A stretch of DNA of 61,894 bases, the filler included, from Dimorphilus gyrociliatus (Eukaryota; Animalia; Annelida), in assembly GCA_904063045.1 (NCBI GenBank). It is 5 parts of 5 records of this genome, joined end to end, with 100 filler letters (N's around TTAATTAATTAA, not from the genome) between each part and the next. Parts side by side here need not be neighbours in the genome. Positions count along the whole stretch, not along the records: positions 1 to 17,659 come from CAJFCJ010000215.1; 4 more parts are not named here. One strand, given 5' to 3'. Shown piece by piece: positions 1 through 12,457 of this stretch (position 1 is the stretch's first letter; each line of letters starts with the position of its first letter). A model generated the notes under the pieces. The model was not told the origin of the DNA. It searched no databases and saw only the letters and a program-made list of their open reading frames with translations. The position numbers and the translations under genes are program-made.

Positions 1-99
1 ATACAACGCCTATCCTCTTTTTCGATATTCATTAAAGATCACATATGAATACTATTTCCATGGGGAACTCTCCAGAATTCAACAAAGGTTATAAATATA

Positions 100-700
100 T
101 TTTAAAATGATTGATTGCTTTTAAAAGTTTGTTTTTCGCTACAAATTGTATAACCAAAGGTCCCAATCGTTAGCAAATATTCTCGAAAAGGATTTTATTT
201 TGAGCGTCCATCAAAAACACCACATATAGATAACGGAAGAGAGTTTATAAACCAAAATAGAAACTGTGTGTTTAAATTTTAATATAGAACATATTTCAAG
301 GTGTTATAACATACTTTATAGAACGATTAAATGAGAATTAGAAAGGCTTTGGACAACTCTGATAACTCGATTATTGTTCAAGATAAAGTGATATATCAGT
401 ATGACAACAGTAAACACAGTCTACAGGGGAAAAAGTATTTGTACTTTCCATAAACGTTTATCCAAATAACTTTAATAAAAAAAGGGGGATCTTTTCAAAG
501 TGCTAAGAATAGTTACCTAAATTACAGAGCAGTTATATAAATAAATTCAATGCAAGGCTCATTAATAACAACCAAATTATTATAGGACAACAATGTTTAT
601 TAGTTATATACTTTGATAATAATATTAACACAAGACATTGAATATTAACAAACACTTAATAATGACAAGTTTTATATTGTGATAATAAAATTCCCATATA
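100..700 (+). pseudogene. Decayed retroviral-type (rve) integrase remnant
   Basis: GATAACGGAAGAGAGTTTATAAAC near 229-252 reads DNGREFIN, the second catalytic Asp motif of rve integrases. The region has many stops and an inverted paralogue at ~9250-10250. Boundaries approximate. Confidence 0.6.
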
Positions 701-1065
701 GAAGCAAAACAACAATAAAAAGTTGCATCTTAATATGTTGAGAGCGTTTTATTCAGTAAAGTAGACATTGTCTGGTATTTTTTATATTTTCCAAAAAAAA
801 ATTTATGTAATTAATTCTGGAAATATAGACATAAAAAACCGGGGGTAAAAGCTCATATTTAGATTTTTTGAGGGTTAAACACTCCGTACTAATTTAACAT
901 CTATTTAATTTTACCTTACCAAAATAAATAAAATAGGAGTAAACGTAATTTAATCAAAGAATTTTATACTAATTTAATAGAATGTTTATTTACTTAACAT
1001 TATTTGACATATTTTTATACAAAAACACAAGATTTTCTTATTTTTAAGTAGATTTTTAATAAAAA

Positions 1066-2149
1066 TCATGAATTAATACGCGGATTCCCCATTGATTGTA
1101 TTGTCCCTTCATTGTCTTTAGTTAGTTCACTTTCCTGATAAATTAAATAAGCGAATTGTTTAAAGTCTTTAACTGAATTACACATGGAAGATTCAAGGTT
1201 TCTGATCAAATCATCTTTTTGAACTTTAGCAACTTGGGAGACTTGTTTAGATAGCTTTAAATAGTGACCTTTAAGGTTGCGATCACTCTCTTTTATAGGT
1301 ATTCCATACTTACTACGTAAACTATCAATGTTATGTATTATTTTATGATTATCGATATGACATTTCCAATCTTCTACAGTACTTTTATCTAAAAAGTAGA
1401 AAAATATCACGTTGGGCGGTTTTAATCCCTCTTTATTATTTTCAATACTTATTTCTCTGTACACATCTTTAGGAATGTATTTCTCTTTGCTAGTAACATC
1501 ATCAATTTCTTCATATATACAATTTTCTAGATTTAATAAATATTTAGGCAATTCATCATTTGATTCTATTAATTTACCAAATACTTTGTTTTGTTCCTCA
1601 TAAAAAATGTCTTCAAATTCAGATAAACTTTTGTCATATTTTATTAGAAGCTCGATTGCGCAGTTATAAGCACCTTTATTGCTACTATGATTAGAATCAC
1701 TCACATTAGGTTCGAAAATAGGCTCGATATCCTTATAAGGAACTTTGTGTGTTTTAAAATGTGCTTTTTTAATTTCTATTATTATACTTTGCAGTTCTTT
1801 TATAAAGCCTAAAATTGTACGATACCATCTAATGATGTTCGAAATTTCATGATGGAGTCTGTTTAGAACAGCGTAGTTGTAATAAAAACTTGTTTCATCA
1901 ATTTTAAAGTCATGGGTAATTTTTTTTTTCCAGGTTATCCCTAATATAATTGAAAAATTCGCTGTTGTAGTCACGAAGTAGCAGCATTTTAGGAAATCCA
2001 TAGTCAAAACCTTCTATAAATTGTTGTCTTTCATCTTCTTCAAAGGATTTTATGTTTAGCAGTGTACTTAAGTCAACGGGTGCTACAGAACTACTTTCGC
2101 TTACTGCACTTTTTATAGACATTAAGTTTAGAAATAATTTGAAAATCAT
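1066..2149 (-). CDS. Orphan family-A protein, putatively secreted, split by a frameshift in a homopolymer
   Basis: ORF 1910-2149 (hydrophobic N-terminus MIFKLFLNLMSIKSA, CCC motif upstream of the ATG) joins ORF 1066-2007 across the T-run at ~1920-1929 (DNLEKK/ITHDF). Paralogues lie at ~4020-4560 and ~10715-15891. Confidence 0.65.
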
Positions 2150-2639
2150 TAAGGGACAAAAATTGATCTTATTTAAACATTTATAATATTCTAAAAATAG
2201 AAAAGCCGCTGATTTTATAAGACCCTTAATTAAATAATATCAAAACAATCACTGGTATTTTCATAAAAATGATCTGTTAGCTTATCAAAGCTAGAAATGC
2301 TCTTGGATTTCTGTACAGTTTAAAAATAGGGATAGTTTGAACCTATATCCAACTTGAAAAATACCAAATGTCTGATTTGTTAAAAAATCATATCGTTTAA
2401 ATGAAAATATAAACTTTTAATATATAGATTAAAACTATACTATCATTAAATTGTAGTAAAATAGAAAAAGCTCGATACTCATATCAGCCTATATAATATG
2501 TAAATCTTTAAATATAAGCATTGATATTATTGGGAAATTATATTAAAAAATTATAATAGAATAAATTATAACAATTCAAACACTTCGTCTCCCATTCTAT
2601 GACGAGTGTTGGATTCAGAAATTAACTCATTTAAAAATT

Positions 2640-3530
2640 GGTAAAGTTTTGTTGTTTTCACGCTTTTTCCAACTTTAACTTGTCTTTTAAACCAGTTGTG
2701 AAATACTTAATTTATTTATTTATGGGTGCCATTTTTGGATACAAAATTGTATTTATCACATACTGTGTCATGCATATAACTATACTCGTTAAAACGTAAA
2801 ATAAGCACCGTGTTCATCGGTGGATAGTATAGAAATACCTATAACTTGGTCACATATTATATGATAAATTGTTTATTCCCTTTCATTTGGGTCAGCCTGT
2901 ACTTTTGCGACGAAAATTTCATTACTAAACTCTATTATATATAGAAAGTCTGTCCTATTACTGAAAACACGACTTCTATGTGCTTTTATACTATAATTTG
3001 ACATAGTTATATCAACTCGTATTGTTTTACCAAGCACCCTAATTTATTTGAAAAATCAGCTAACGGTATTAATGCCTCAGTAGACCCTGAACTTTGAATA
3101 CACTATTTATATTAATATGGAATTATTTTACAATGATGTAATATGGCATTTATAAGAAATATTTTAATGTTATTCGTAAAAAGTTTTAATAGGCAGAGAT
3201 AATAAGTCAAATAAATTATCAAAACGGACATTAATACGCTTTTTTACTTAAACAGTAGCTACGAAGACATCTTCACGTCTAATTTTCAGAAGAGCTGGTA
3301 TAGTTTTCTAACATCATATGCGAATTGCATATGGGACAGCTTACCCTTGCTTTAAGAGTTTTATTTTTAAACAAGAAAATCATAAAAGAGTCATCTAATG
3401 ACTCTGTTAAAAAATTTGTTGAAGGATTTAGTAGAAAACATATTAGTCCACCTTGATTTTGATGTTTATAGTTTTTTAGTGACTTTGGAGGCATTTTTTT
3501 GTTAAAAGTTACTTTTATTATCATTAATTA
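2640..3530 (-). pseudogene. Degenerate Merlin (ISXO2/IS1595-like) transposase
   Basis: Minus-strand fragments LKARVSCPICNSHMML (N-terminal Cys motif), GISILSTDEHGAY (second Asp motif) and KYNFVSKNGTH...WFK, with multiple stops. A GGTAAA end at 2640 resembles the Merlin terminus at 16193. Confidence 0.55.
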
Positions 3531-4019
3531 CCCATTTGAATAACCATGTACTAGATATGATCGGATTATTTGAGGGAAAAAACATAATTGCTGTTGATAA
3601 ATTAAAGAACTAAAGCCCTTGCCCCTTTTTTTTTGCTTTAATGAATCTTTGTGTGGTTTAAAAATAAAAAAGGGGGACTTTTGGACTTGATCCCAGCTTT
3701 TAAGCTAACGATTTCCAAGTCTTAATTAATTAAAAATTCAGATTATCTTTCATATAATGGAACCATCAAACCCTTATTTATGATGTTAAAACACTCTAAT
3801 ATCATAAAAAAGGCGGGCTGATTTATTCTAATAATCATCTTAAAAAATTAGGAATTCTTCTAAAATGAATACAAAATAAAAAAGCGACATAAAAGAGCTT
3901 TTGATTTTTTGCGTACACATTAAAAAGTGTTCAAGTGTCTACTTCTGATCTTAGAGTGAATATTGATGGATGGTCACGTAAAATTTCAAAAATTCATTGT
4001 TTTTTATTGAATCTTTTGA

Positions 4020-4560
4020 TAAAAATCATGAGATAGTACACAGGCCCCTTCCATTTATACGGTCAATTTTTTTTCATCAGTAATGATTATATTTCAACAA
4101 GTTATCAAAGGAACGAAGATCGTAAACTCTATAGCTGGATGTCACATGGAAGACTTAAAATTTACCGATTGAATCATCTTTATTCTGGGGAATGGGCAGC
4201 CGCTTTAGAAAGCTGTTTGGATAACTTTAAATAGTAATCTTTAAGATCGAACCTATTTCTTTTAAAGGTATGCCATGTCTACTACGTAAACCATCAATAT
4301 TATGTATCATTTTATGGTCATTGGTACGATATTTCCAACTTTCTAAGCATTTTTATATGAAAAGTCGAAAAAACAACATTAGGTGATTATAATACCTTTC
4401 TGGGTTTCCTATGCTTACTTCTCTAAAAATACCTTATGGATGTACTCACTTCTTAAAATAGGCGGAAATCGTACGAACCCTTCCTTTTCTTTACAAAAAA
4501 GGCGTTTAGCTAGTTCATTATTTGATTCTCTGAACTTATTCACTGCTTTATTTCGATTAG
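4020..4560 (-). pseudogene. Degenerate paralogue of family A (3' half)
   Basis: Nucleotide similarity to 1066-1600, e.g. ctacgtaaaccatcaatattatgtatcattttatg vs ctacgtaaactatcaatgttatgtattattttatg; frameshifted. Confidence 0.65.
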
Positions 4561-6138
4561 ACTAAAAAGTCGATAAAAATTGCTTTCAGCAGGCCCCCTT
4601 AAAATATAACATTAAAGAAAACAAAAATATAATTAAATTCAAAATGATATTTTGTGCGGTTTTTAAGAAAAAATAGTTAAAAATGGGGCTCGACTTTTAT
4701 AAATAAATAATTGTTTTAAACAAGATTTATATTGTCCTTCATGCTACAGCTGTGTTTTTTAGGAAGTCTTTTAGTCATCTCCATTGATACTCAATGTTTT
4801 TTATGTATTTCTGGTATATTTTTGTTTTTAAAGTTAGTTTTATGCTTAATTGTAAAAAATCATGATATCTTATGTCATTATATCTTGTTTATTAATTAGT
4901 AATAACCCCCCCCTTCTTTATGTTTACTAATCATTTTTTAAAGAGTTAATGAATTTTTTCTATAAATTTAAAAAAGCGGGGGGGGGTCTGATTCTATAAA
5001 GACCATAAACTACTCATTAAATCTTCTAAAATTGTATTTTCGCCTATTAACAGCACCTCAATCAATTTCTATAATTAAATCAGTGGTTCTATATTAGTTA
5101 ACCTCCTCTTTGCAATTTTACTTCTAATTAGAAAATCACTGTTTTATAAAGCTTATAATCTTATTATTCAATTAAATATACCTATAACTAAAGTTTTTAT
5201 GGACTATTCAAGGTTTATAAAAATTGTTTTTTTTAGTGGAAAGCTAGCCATTATGAACTGTCTCCTTATTCCTACCAGATTTCTTTGATTTAAATATCCA
5301 AATTAAACCATCTGTATTATTATGTGATACTAAATTTTCATCAATTTTACATTTTTTTTGGAATGATTTTTTTTCAAAATGTTTAATTCAGTCAACCAAG
5401 AAAAAAAGTGTTCGGATAAATCATTTTTTATTGTAACTTGAAGCTCATTATTAACACTAGGAAGCAATATAGTCCAATTTAAAGGACGCCCTAAAAGCAA
5501 TTTTTACCAGTTTCTTATGTTGAGTATATAAAAAATACAACTTAATATAAGAGAGCTCCTTTATTTATTTTCACTAGGAATTGAGTATTTTAGGAGTTTG
5601 AAAGTCCAAATTTAATTTTTACTTAATTTGTTCTATGAACATGTTTTATTAAGTTGAAACACTTCTTAAAGCTTTTATAGCAGCAAAATATGATAATAAA
5701 AATATCTTATGATATCAAATCACACATGTCTGTTGATTTTGTCTAGTTAAAACACAATTTTTTTTAAAGAATTTTAAACTAATTAATAATAAAGCTTATC
5801 GACACTTTATTACAATGTTTTAGAAAATCATAAATTCAAAAATTTGTATAAGAAATAGTTTTTTGGATGAGTGACAATTCATTATTTACAAATATGATCT
5901 CACAATCATCTATCTCGTAAATTAAAGACATTTAAGGATTGAAGTATAATGTCTTTACACTTTTAATTTTTTTTTCCATTTACAGAACTAATGCAATTAC
6001 CAAATATAGAATGTAAAACACACTTGGATGATTTTTGTATATCAAATGCTATTATTATTTTCAGAATTACATTTATGGAAATATCACTTCCATTTTTAGT
6101 CATTGTTATATATTTAAGAAAGTAAAAAAAGGGGGGTA

Positions 6139-8283
6139 ATGGGGAATATTGTACTGTTAAGCGTCTTCTTGGTACAAATTGTTACTTATAGAGAACTAAT
6201 AAATGAAGAAAGCTTATCATTATCATCTAATTTTGATAAAATACAAAACAAAGAATCAAATTATAATTCTAGAACTAACTTATGTACTAAAGAAAATAGA
6301 AAAAGCGATTCTCTTTCAAAGCTTGATTTTGCTCGAAAATTTTCATCAGAACAAGAAAATACTTATTCTTCAAAAGATTTTTATCTAGATGATATTTTTG
6401 ACTTAGAATACTTAGAGGTGATAAATTTAGAAGATTGTGGAGTAAATAAATTTAGATGTAGCGGGCATCTTAAAAGTTTAATTTTAAACAAAAATAGCGG
6501 ATTAAGCCGATACAGTTTTGAAAAAATATTCGAGATTAAACATTTAGAGAAACTTTCATTAAAATCCTGTTTTTTGGAGAAAGGATTACTAAAAGATGTA
6601 CATAAATTAGAAAATTTGCAGTATCTAGACTTGTCTTCTAATATGATGTTATCCAAGAAAGATTTTTCAGAAATTTTTAGTTTAAAAAAACTTGAAGTTC
6701 TAATTCTAAACGATTGCAGGTTAAAAGAGTCATCATTAGAGGGGATAATTCAATTACAAGGACTTAAAAGGCTTATATTAGATTATTATCCAAAAATAAA
6801 TTCTATCGAAATAAGGGAAATATGCCAAATTGAGTCGCTTGAAGAACTTTCACTTATCGGTAGTTTAAGCAACTTTGTTACCCAGTTAAGCTTTAAGAAT
6901 TTAGAGAATCTTGTGAATTTAAATATTAGCAAGAATCCATATTTACTTTTAGATATTAAAGATATAAGAAGTTTATCAAAACTTGAGGTGCTTCACATAT
7001 CAGGGAAATTGTCATATAGATGCAATTTACAAGCGATCTATAATTTAAAGAAACTCAAATCTTTATGTATTACTAATTGTAAAAGATTAGTTTACAACGA
7101 TATAAATCCTAATTTGACTCTAGCAAATTTAACAGCTATTAAAAAACTAGACTTAAGAGGCATTGAGATTTCTTCAAATGACATATTTAAGAAAATATAT
7201 AAATTAACATCTCTTGAAGAATTATATCTTGTAAATCCAATATTTACGAATATTGATAAATTAACTAAACTAAAGTTCTTACATATCGAATCCATGAATA
7301 TGCGTTCACCAGACTTCCGTTATATTACATTGTTAAAAAAATTAGAAACCTTAATATTATTTAAATGCATGATTTCTGAAGCAAAAATAGCTGATATAAA
7401 CAAACTAGAGAGCTTAAAGAATTTACAGATGCATCTAAAATCAGACTATTATAGAAACATGTCAACTAAATTATCGATATTTCCTTTTTTAGAGACATTT
7501 AAGTTTTCTAGTGAACATCATAGGTGTAGTTCATTCTTTAAAGAAATGTTAAGCTCTACTTCACTAAAATCACTGGCTATATACCATAAAGAGGTATCTA
7601 AAGATGAGATGCAAATGATTTTTAACCTTTCATCATTGAGAGAACTTTTTTTCTACCAACAAAATATCAAGCTAACCAATTTTTATGGTATAAAAAAACT
7701 AAAAAAATTGGACGTACTTTATTTAAATTCCGTAGGAGTGCTAACCTACGAAAATTTAAATTCAATAATGCAGCTTAAAAGTTTAAAACACCTAAGTATT
7801 ATTAATTGTACTGTTGATTTTTTTGGTAATTGTCCGATCGAAAATCTTACAAATTTAAGAAGCTTAGATATGGATCAAACTGCAACACCTCTAAGAATAG
7901 TCATTCCTAAGATACTTGGATTAAATAACCTTGAAAGACTTACAATATTTGGTGATGACACAAGAGGCGGATTATTTTCACATATAAAAAATCTAAAAAA
8001 GCTAAACATCTTAAAAGTTTATGGTAATATAAAACTATCAGAAAGGGATTACGATGATATTATACAGCTTAAATCTTTATTCATGTTCAAAACTTGGTTA
8101 AAAAACTTTGAAAATCTAATTTATGCCAAAGAAATAGACCCAGGAATTTTTGAGTCTAGTAATGGATTGAAAATTGCTGAAATTTTTAGTAAAGCATCAT
8201 CACAAAAAAATGATAAAGATAATCAGACTTTAGAAAGGATAAAAGATAGAATTAAAAAGAGATGTCTCATTTATACTCACTGA
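6139..8283 (+). CDS. Leucine-rich repeat protein with a hydrophobic N-terminus (microsporidian-type expanded LRR family)
   Basis: 714-aa intron-less ORF with many LxxLxLxxN/C repeats, a signal-peptide-like N-terminus and GGGGGG 2 nt upstream of the ATG. Confidence 0.9.
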   Translation: MGNIVLLSVFLVQIVTYRELINEESLSLSSNFDKIQNKESNYNSRTNLCTKENRKSDSLSKLDFARKFSSEQENTYSSKDFYLDDIFDLEYLEVINLEDCGVNKFRCSGHLKSLILNKNSGLSRYSFEKIFEIKHLEKLSLKSCFLEKGLLKDVHKLENLQYLDLSSNMMLSKKDFSEIFSLKKLEVLILNDCRLKESSLEGIIQLQGLKRLILDYYPKINSIEIREICQIESLEELSLIGSLSNFVTQLSFKNLENLVNLNISKNPYLLLDIKDIRSLSKLEVLHISGKLSYRCNLQAIYNLKKLKSLCITNCKRLVYNDINPNLTLANLTAIKKLDLRGIEISSNDIFKKIYKLTSLEELYLVNPIFTNIDKLTKLKFLHIESMNMRSPDFRYITLLKKLETLILFKCMISEAKIADINKLESLKNLQMHLKSDYYRNMSTKLSIFPFLETFKFSSEHHRCSSFFKEMLSSTSLKSLAIYHKEVSKDEMQMIFNLSSLRELFFYQQNIKLTNFYGIKKLKKLDVLYLNSVGVLTYENLNSIMQLKSLKHLSIINCTVDFFGNCPIENLTNLRSLDMDQTATPLRIVIPKILGLNNLERLTIFGDDTRGGLFSHIKNLKKLNILKVYGNIKLSERDYDDIIQLKSLFMFKTWLKNFENLIYAKEIDPGIFESSNGLKIAEIFSKASSQKNDKDNQTLERIKDRIKKRCLIYTH

Positions 8284-9119
8284 ATCTACACCAAATCGTC
8301 CAGATGATCCATTTTGGTACAATATGCCTAATTAAATAAAATTATTTATTACTTTTTTTGTTTTCAAATTGAAAAGCAGTTTATGGAAAGACTTCCAGCT
8401 GGTCTAAATCAGTTAGCCTACAAGCCAACTAGTGCTAATTCTCATAAAAACTTTAAAACTCTGTTTTTATTTAATTATTGAAAGCACTCTAAAAACATAT
8501 AAAAGTTTATTAAAAGCCAAAAATAAAGTCGTGTCAAAGAACCAAAAAAAGATATCAAAAAAGATCGAAACCATTGTTTGATTTAGAATATTCTAATACT
8601 CGAGAAAACTGTCTTTATTGTCGATAAATATATATATTTTTTAATATATAATTTCTAAGGTATATTCTATATTAGATTCTCTGTTTTTAAGAAAATATTT
8701 TGAGTTTTTCCACCTGTTCCTCATTAACTGTGTACTAATTTTACAATTTTAGTTCTATAAAGTATTTTTTATAGATTATTTTCTTATGTTTAATATTAAA
8801 TGATTGGATGCAGTTATAGCCTTCAAAATGCTTGTTATCATTTTCTATTTTTTCTTATATTACGTTAGATAATTTTTTATAATTTATATTTAGTTTTCGT
8901 CTTTGTTAGAGTGAAAAAACATGTCTGTTGTCCTAAAACATCTACCACAACCCAACTATCTTTTATTATTTTATCTTATTGTTCTTACGTTTGGAGAGGC
9001 TACTTTCATCAATTTTCACCTCTTTTTCAATACCACCTATACGACGACATACTTCTTTTTTTTATTTTAGACCATAATAAGTATTATATACATTTAAGTA
9101 CATATACAGAATTGGCTAA

Positions 9120-10620
9120 ATAAAAAATCCCTATAAAAATACTTTTACTCATATTTTGTTTATTTTGGTAAGGTAAAATTGAATATATAATGAATTGAAT
9201 GGTAGTTTCTATTCCCTCAATAAAAAAGTAAATTTTACCACTACTTCTTGTGTCTATACTTCCAGAATTAAATACAGAGCTTTCAAAAGCCTTTTTTTAA
9301 GAAATATAAAAAATATTAGACAGTGTCTACTTTATTGAACAAATCGCTCTAAAAAATATCTAGACACAACTTTGCTATTGTTGTTTTCATTCTGTATGGG
9401 AATTCTATTATCACAAAGTAAGTATTGTCATTATTAGGCGGTGTTAATGAATGATGTCTTGTGTTATCAAAGTATTTAAAAGTATTTAGCTAATAAATGT
9501 TGTTTTCCTATTATAATTTGGTTGTTATTAGTGATCTTTGTATTATATTCATTTATATTAGTCTCTCGTAATTGAGGTTGTTTTTTATAGCACTTTGGAG
9601 AGATCAAATATCATTATTAAAGTTTATTGGATCAAGATTTCTGAATATCAGATATAATTTGACTCCTGTAGACTGTGTTTTCCCTTATTATAATGATTAT
9701 TCACCTTATATTGAACACTAAGCCAGTTAACAGAAGATTCCAAAATCTTCCTAATTCTTAATTTAAACGTTCTTCTGAATATTTCTATGACACTCTAAAA
9801 ATGTTCTATTTTAAAGTTTGAACACATATTTCTTACATTTTGGTTTATAAATTCTCTTCCATTATCTGTATAGAGAGTTTTTCAAAGAACCCCAGAATAA
9901 AACACTTTTTTGAAAATCTTTACTACCAATTTGGTGCTTTTATTTCATAGCTGAAGATATACTTTAAAAAGCAATCAACCATATTTAAATCACATTCATA
10001 TTCTTTGTTGTATTCATTTCAACTACTCAAATCAACAATATTCACGTGTAATCTTTCATGAATATCAAGTACTAGAAATAGCCGTTATAGATCTTTGATC
10101 ATTGATATTTACCTGCTTTTGGTATACTTTACATCTATTAATACTTTCTGTGATATCAATTAGCTCTTACACCTTGGTTTGACATCTATGACAAGATGAA
10201 CGTATTTGTTTAATAAAAGATACTTTTAAACCAGTTTAAAATCGTATACATACCTTTTTTTGATCCTATACTACCCAACTAGTAGAATTTAATAACAAAA
10301 TCTCTTTGATTTTCCTTCCAAGCTGTTTAATATTTTACCATGATTCATAAACTCTATAATATCAAATTTTCGTCTGATTTGATATACTTGGCATTCTATC
10401 TAGCCAATGGTGAAGATTAAAGTTCTAAAAAAAAGGAGCTTTTATTCAGTATTTTTCTTATTTTTTAATAAAAAAGTACTTAGAAAAGAATTATACCGAA
10501 AATTCTTATACATTTTTTTTGGGAATAGAAACAGCCCTCCAATTCATTATATACTTAATTTTACCATACCAAAATAACAAAATAGGCGGAAAAAGAATAT
10601 ACTCAAGTGTATTTTTTACT
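9120..10620 (-). mobile_element. Decayed integrase-containing element with putative inverted termini
   Basis: Minus-strand TLYTDNGREF at ~9850-9885. ~9150-9235 is the approximate reverse complement of ~10510-10590 (core caattttaccttaccaaaataaacaaaata / taattttaccataccaaaataacaaaata). No TSD found. Confidence 0.5.
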
Positions 10621-11275
10621 AATTTAATAGAATGTTTATGTTTTTAGGGTTATCTAACATATTTTAATATAAAGGATCTGTATTTTATTGTCTTGAGTGA
10701 CTTTTTGATAAAAATAATGAAGTAACAGACGGATTCGATATTGATTGTACTGGAAATTCATTATCTTTAGCTATTATCCCATCTTTGATTATTATATCAA
10801 CAAATCTTTTATAGTCTCCAACTAAATTACATATGAATGCCCCAGCGTTATCGATCAAATCATCTTTTTGTATTTTAGCAATTTCAGAGATTGTTTGGAT
10901 AACTTTAGATAGTGACCTTTAAGATTACAATTGTTGCAACAAAAAGTGTCCGGGTTGCAAAAAGTGTCCGGCCTTAAATAGCATTTATTTATAAAAATAA
11001 AGTGATTTGTAAACTTTTTTATTTTTTTTTCAATTATAAATTTACTAAAAAGAGTAAGAGCTTCGTGACAAAAAGTGTCCTGGTAATTTAATAGGGGTCT
11101 CCTTTAATAAATTAATAGGAAAAAATGGATAAGTGTCAATGGCTGACAAAAAGTGTCCGGGGTATTTTTTTAGAGATTTTATCAACATTATAAGGTAAAT
11201 TTAATAGATATTATGATTTTAATTAAAAATATAGTTTTTCTGAATTTTTTAGATAAAAATTTACTTATAAAGTAT

Positions 11276-11278
11276 CCC
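11276..11278 (+). promoter_or_regulatory. CCC motif directly before the ATG (microsporidian-type start signal)
   Basis: AAGTATCCC-ATG. Comparable CCC/GGG motifs precede the ATGs at 2149, 6139, 14605, 57171, 60051 and 60632. Confidence 0.55.
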
Positions 11279-12457
11279 ATGTCTACAAATTTACTAATTG
11301 AGAACGATGAAGAAAAAAATAATATAATTATTTATCTATCTAATAAAACATATCCTATGAACTTTGACGATTCCCAAAAGAGAGTGTTACGTAGGAAGTG
11401 TAAAAACCTAGTGTTAAGAAATGGACTATTGAAGATGGTTGATGATAGGATAGAGAAAGACATAATTCTAAGATCAGAAATAAATAAAAGAAAAGAAATA
11501 ATAATGGAGAAGCATAACGTTGATCATGCCCGGGGAAGAGTTGTGTTTAATAGAGTAAGACAAAGATATGTGGGGATTACCATAAATGATGTTAATAGTC
11601 TTTTAGAAAGCTGTGAAAATTGTTTAATGGAGACGCCTCCAGCTTTTGTTGAATCTATTACACCTATAATACCATCATATCCAAGGGAAAGGTTAATAGT
11701 TGATACTGTTGATCTCAGTGTATATTCCCAACATAACAATGGATTGAAATACGTTTTCACAATGATTGATAGTTTTACTAAATTTGGATGGGTTTACACG
11801 GCTAATAACAAGAACTCAGAGACCTTTTCTGCTATTCTAGAACAGCACTTTTATAAAGAAGGAACTTGGGAAATTTTTCATAGTGATAATGGAGGTGAAT
11901 TCAGAAACAATAGAGTGGAGAGTATTTTAACCAGATTTAATGTAATTTCTACACATGGCAGACCATATCATCCCCAATCACAAGGGCAAGTTGAGCGTTT
12001 TAATCGTACAATTAAATCGAGAATAAGAAAATCTTTTGGCTTTAACCAATTTGATTGGCATAATCATATTGATAGGATTGTATATTATTACAATAATACA
12101 GCTCATAGAAGCACAGGAATCAAACCATTTCTGTTATTTAAAGGATTCGATAGCGAGCTGTTGAATAATATGAATACAACAACTTTCTCTGATGAAGCAA
12201 GATTAAGTTTATTAAACTATGTAGAAACATATCGCAGAGAATTTTCCATTAGATCATCTCAGCAAATAAGAATAGGGGATAGAGTGTTACTGGTTAAGCC
12301 ATATAGCCCAACTATAAGAAGAAGGGCCCTTGAGTCACTTTATTTTGATGATATTTATGTAGTTGAAGAAATAAATGGTGAAAGAATCATTATTAAAAGT
12401 CAAAACTCTGAAGAGACAAAACAAACTTCAATACGCTGTGTGAAGAAAATTATCTAA
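11279..12457 (+). CDS. Gypsy-type DDE integrase/transposase
   Basis: HHCC Zn domain (KHNVDH...CENC), rve core D (IVDTVD), D (HSDNGGEF), E (QVERFNRT) and a C-terminal IGDRVLL tail. The likely start is the ATG at 11279, directly preceded by CCC; the tracked start at 11213 lies inside the TIR. Confidence 0.92.
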   Translation: MSTNLLIENDEEKNNIIIYLSNKTYPMNFDDSQKRVLRRKCKNLVLRNGLLKMVDDRIEKDIILRSEINKRKEIIMEKHNVDHARGRVVFNRVRQRYVGITINDVNSLLESCENCLMETPPAFVESITPIIPSYPRERLIVDTVDLSVYSQHNNGLKYVFTMIDSFTKFGWVYTANNKNSETFSAILEQHFYKEGTWEIFHSDNGGEFRNNRVESILTRFNVISTHGRPYHPQSQGQVERFNRTIKSRIRKSFGFNQFDWHNHIDRIVYYYNNTAHRSTGIKPFLLFKGFDSELLNNMNTTTFSDEARLSLLNYVETYRREFSIRSSQQIRIGDRVLLVKPYSPTIRRRALESLYFDDIYVVEEINGERIIIKSQNSEETKQTSIRCVKKII

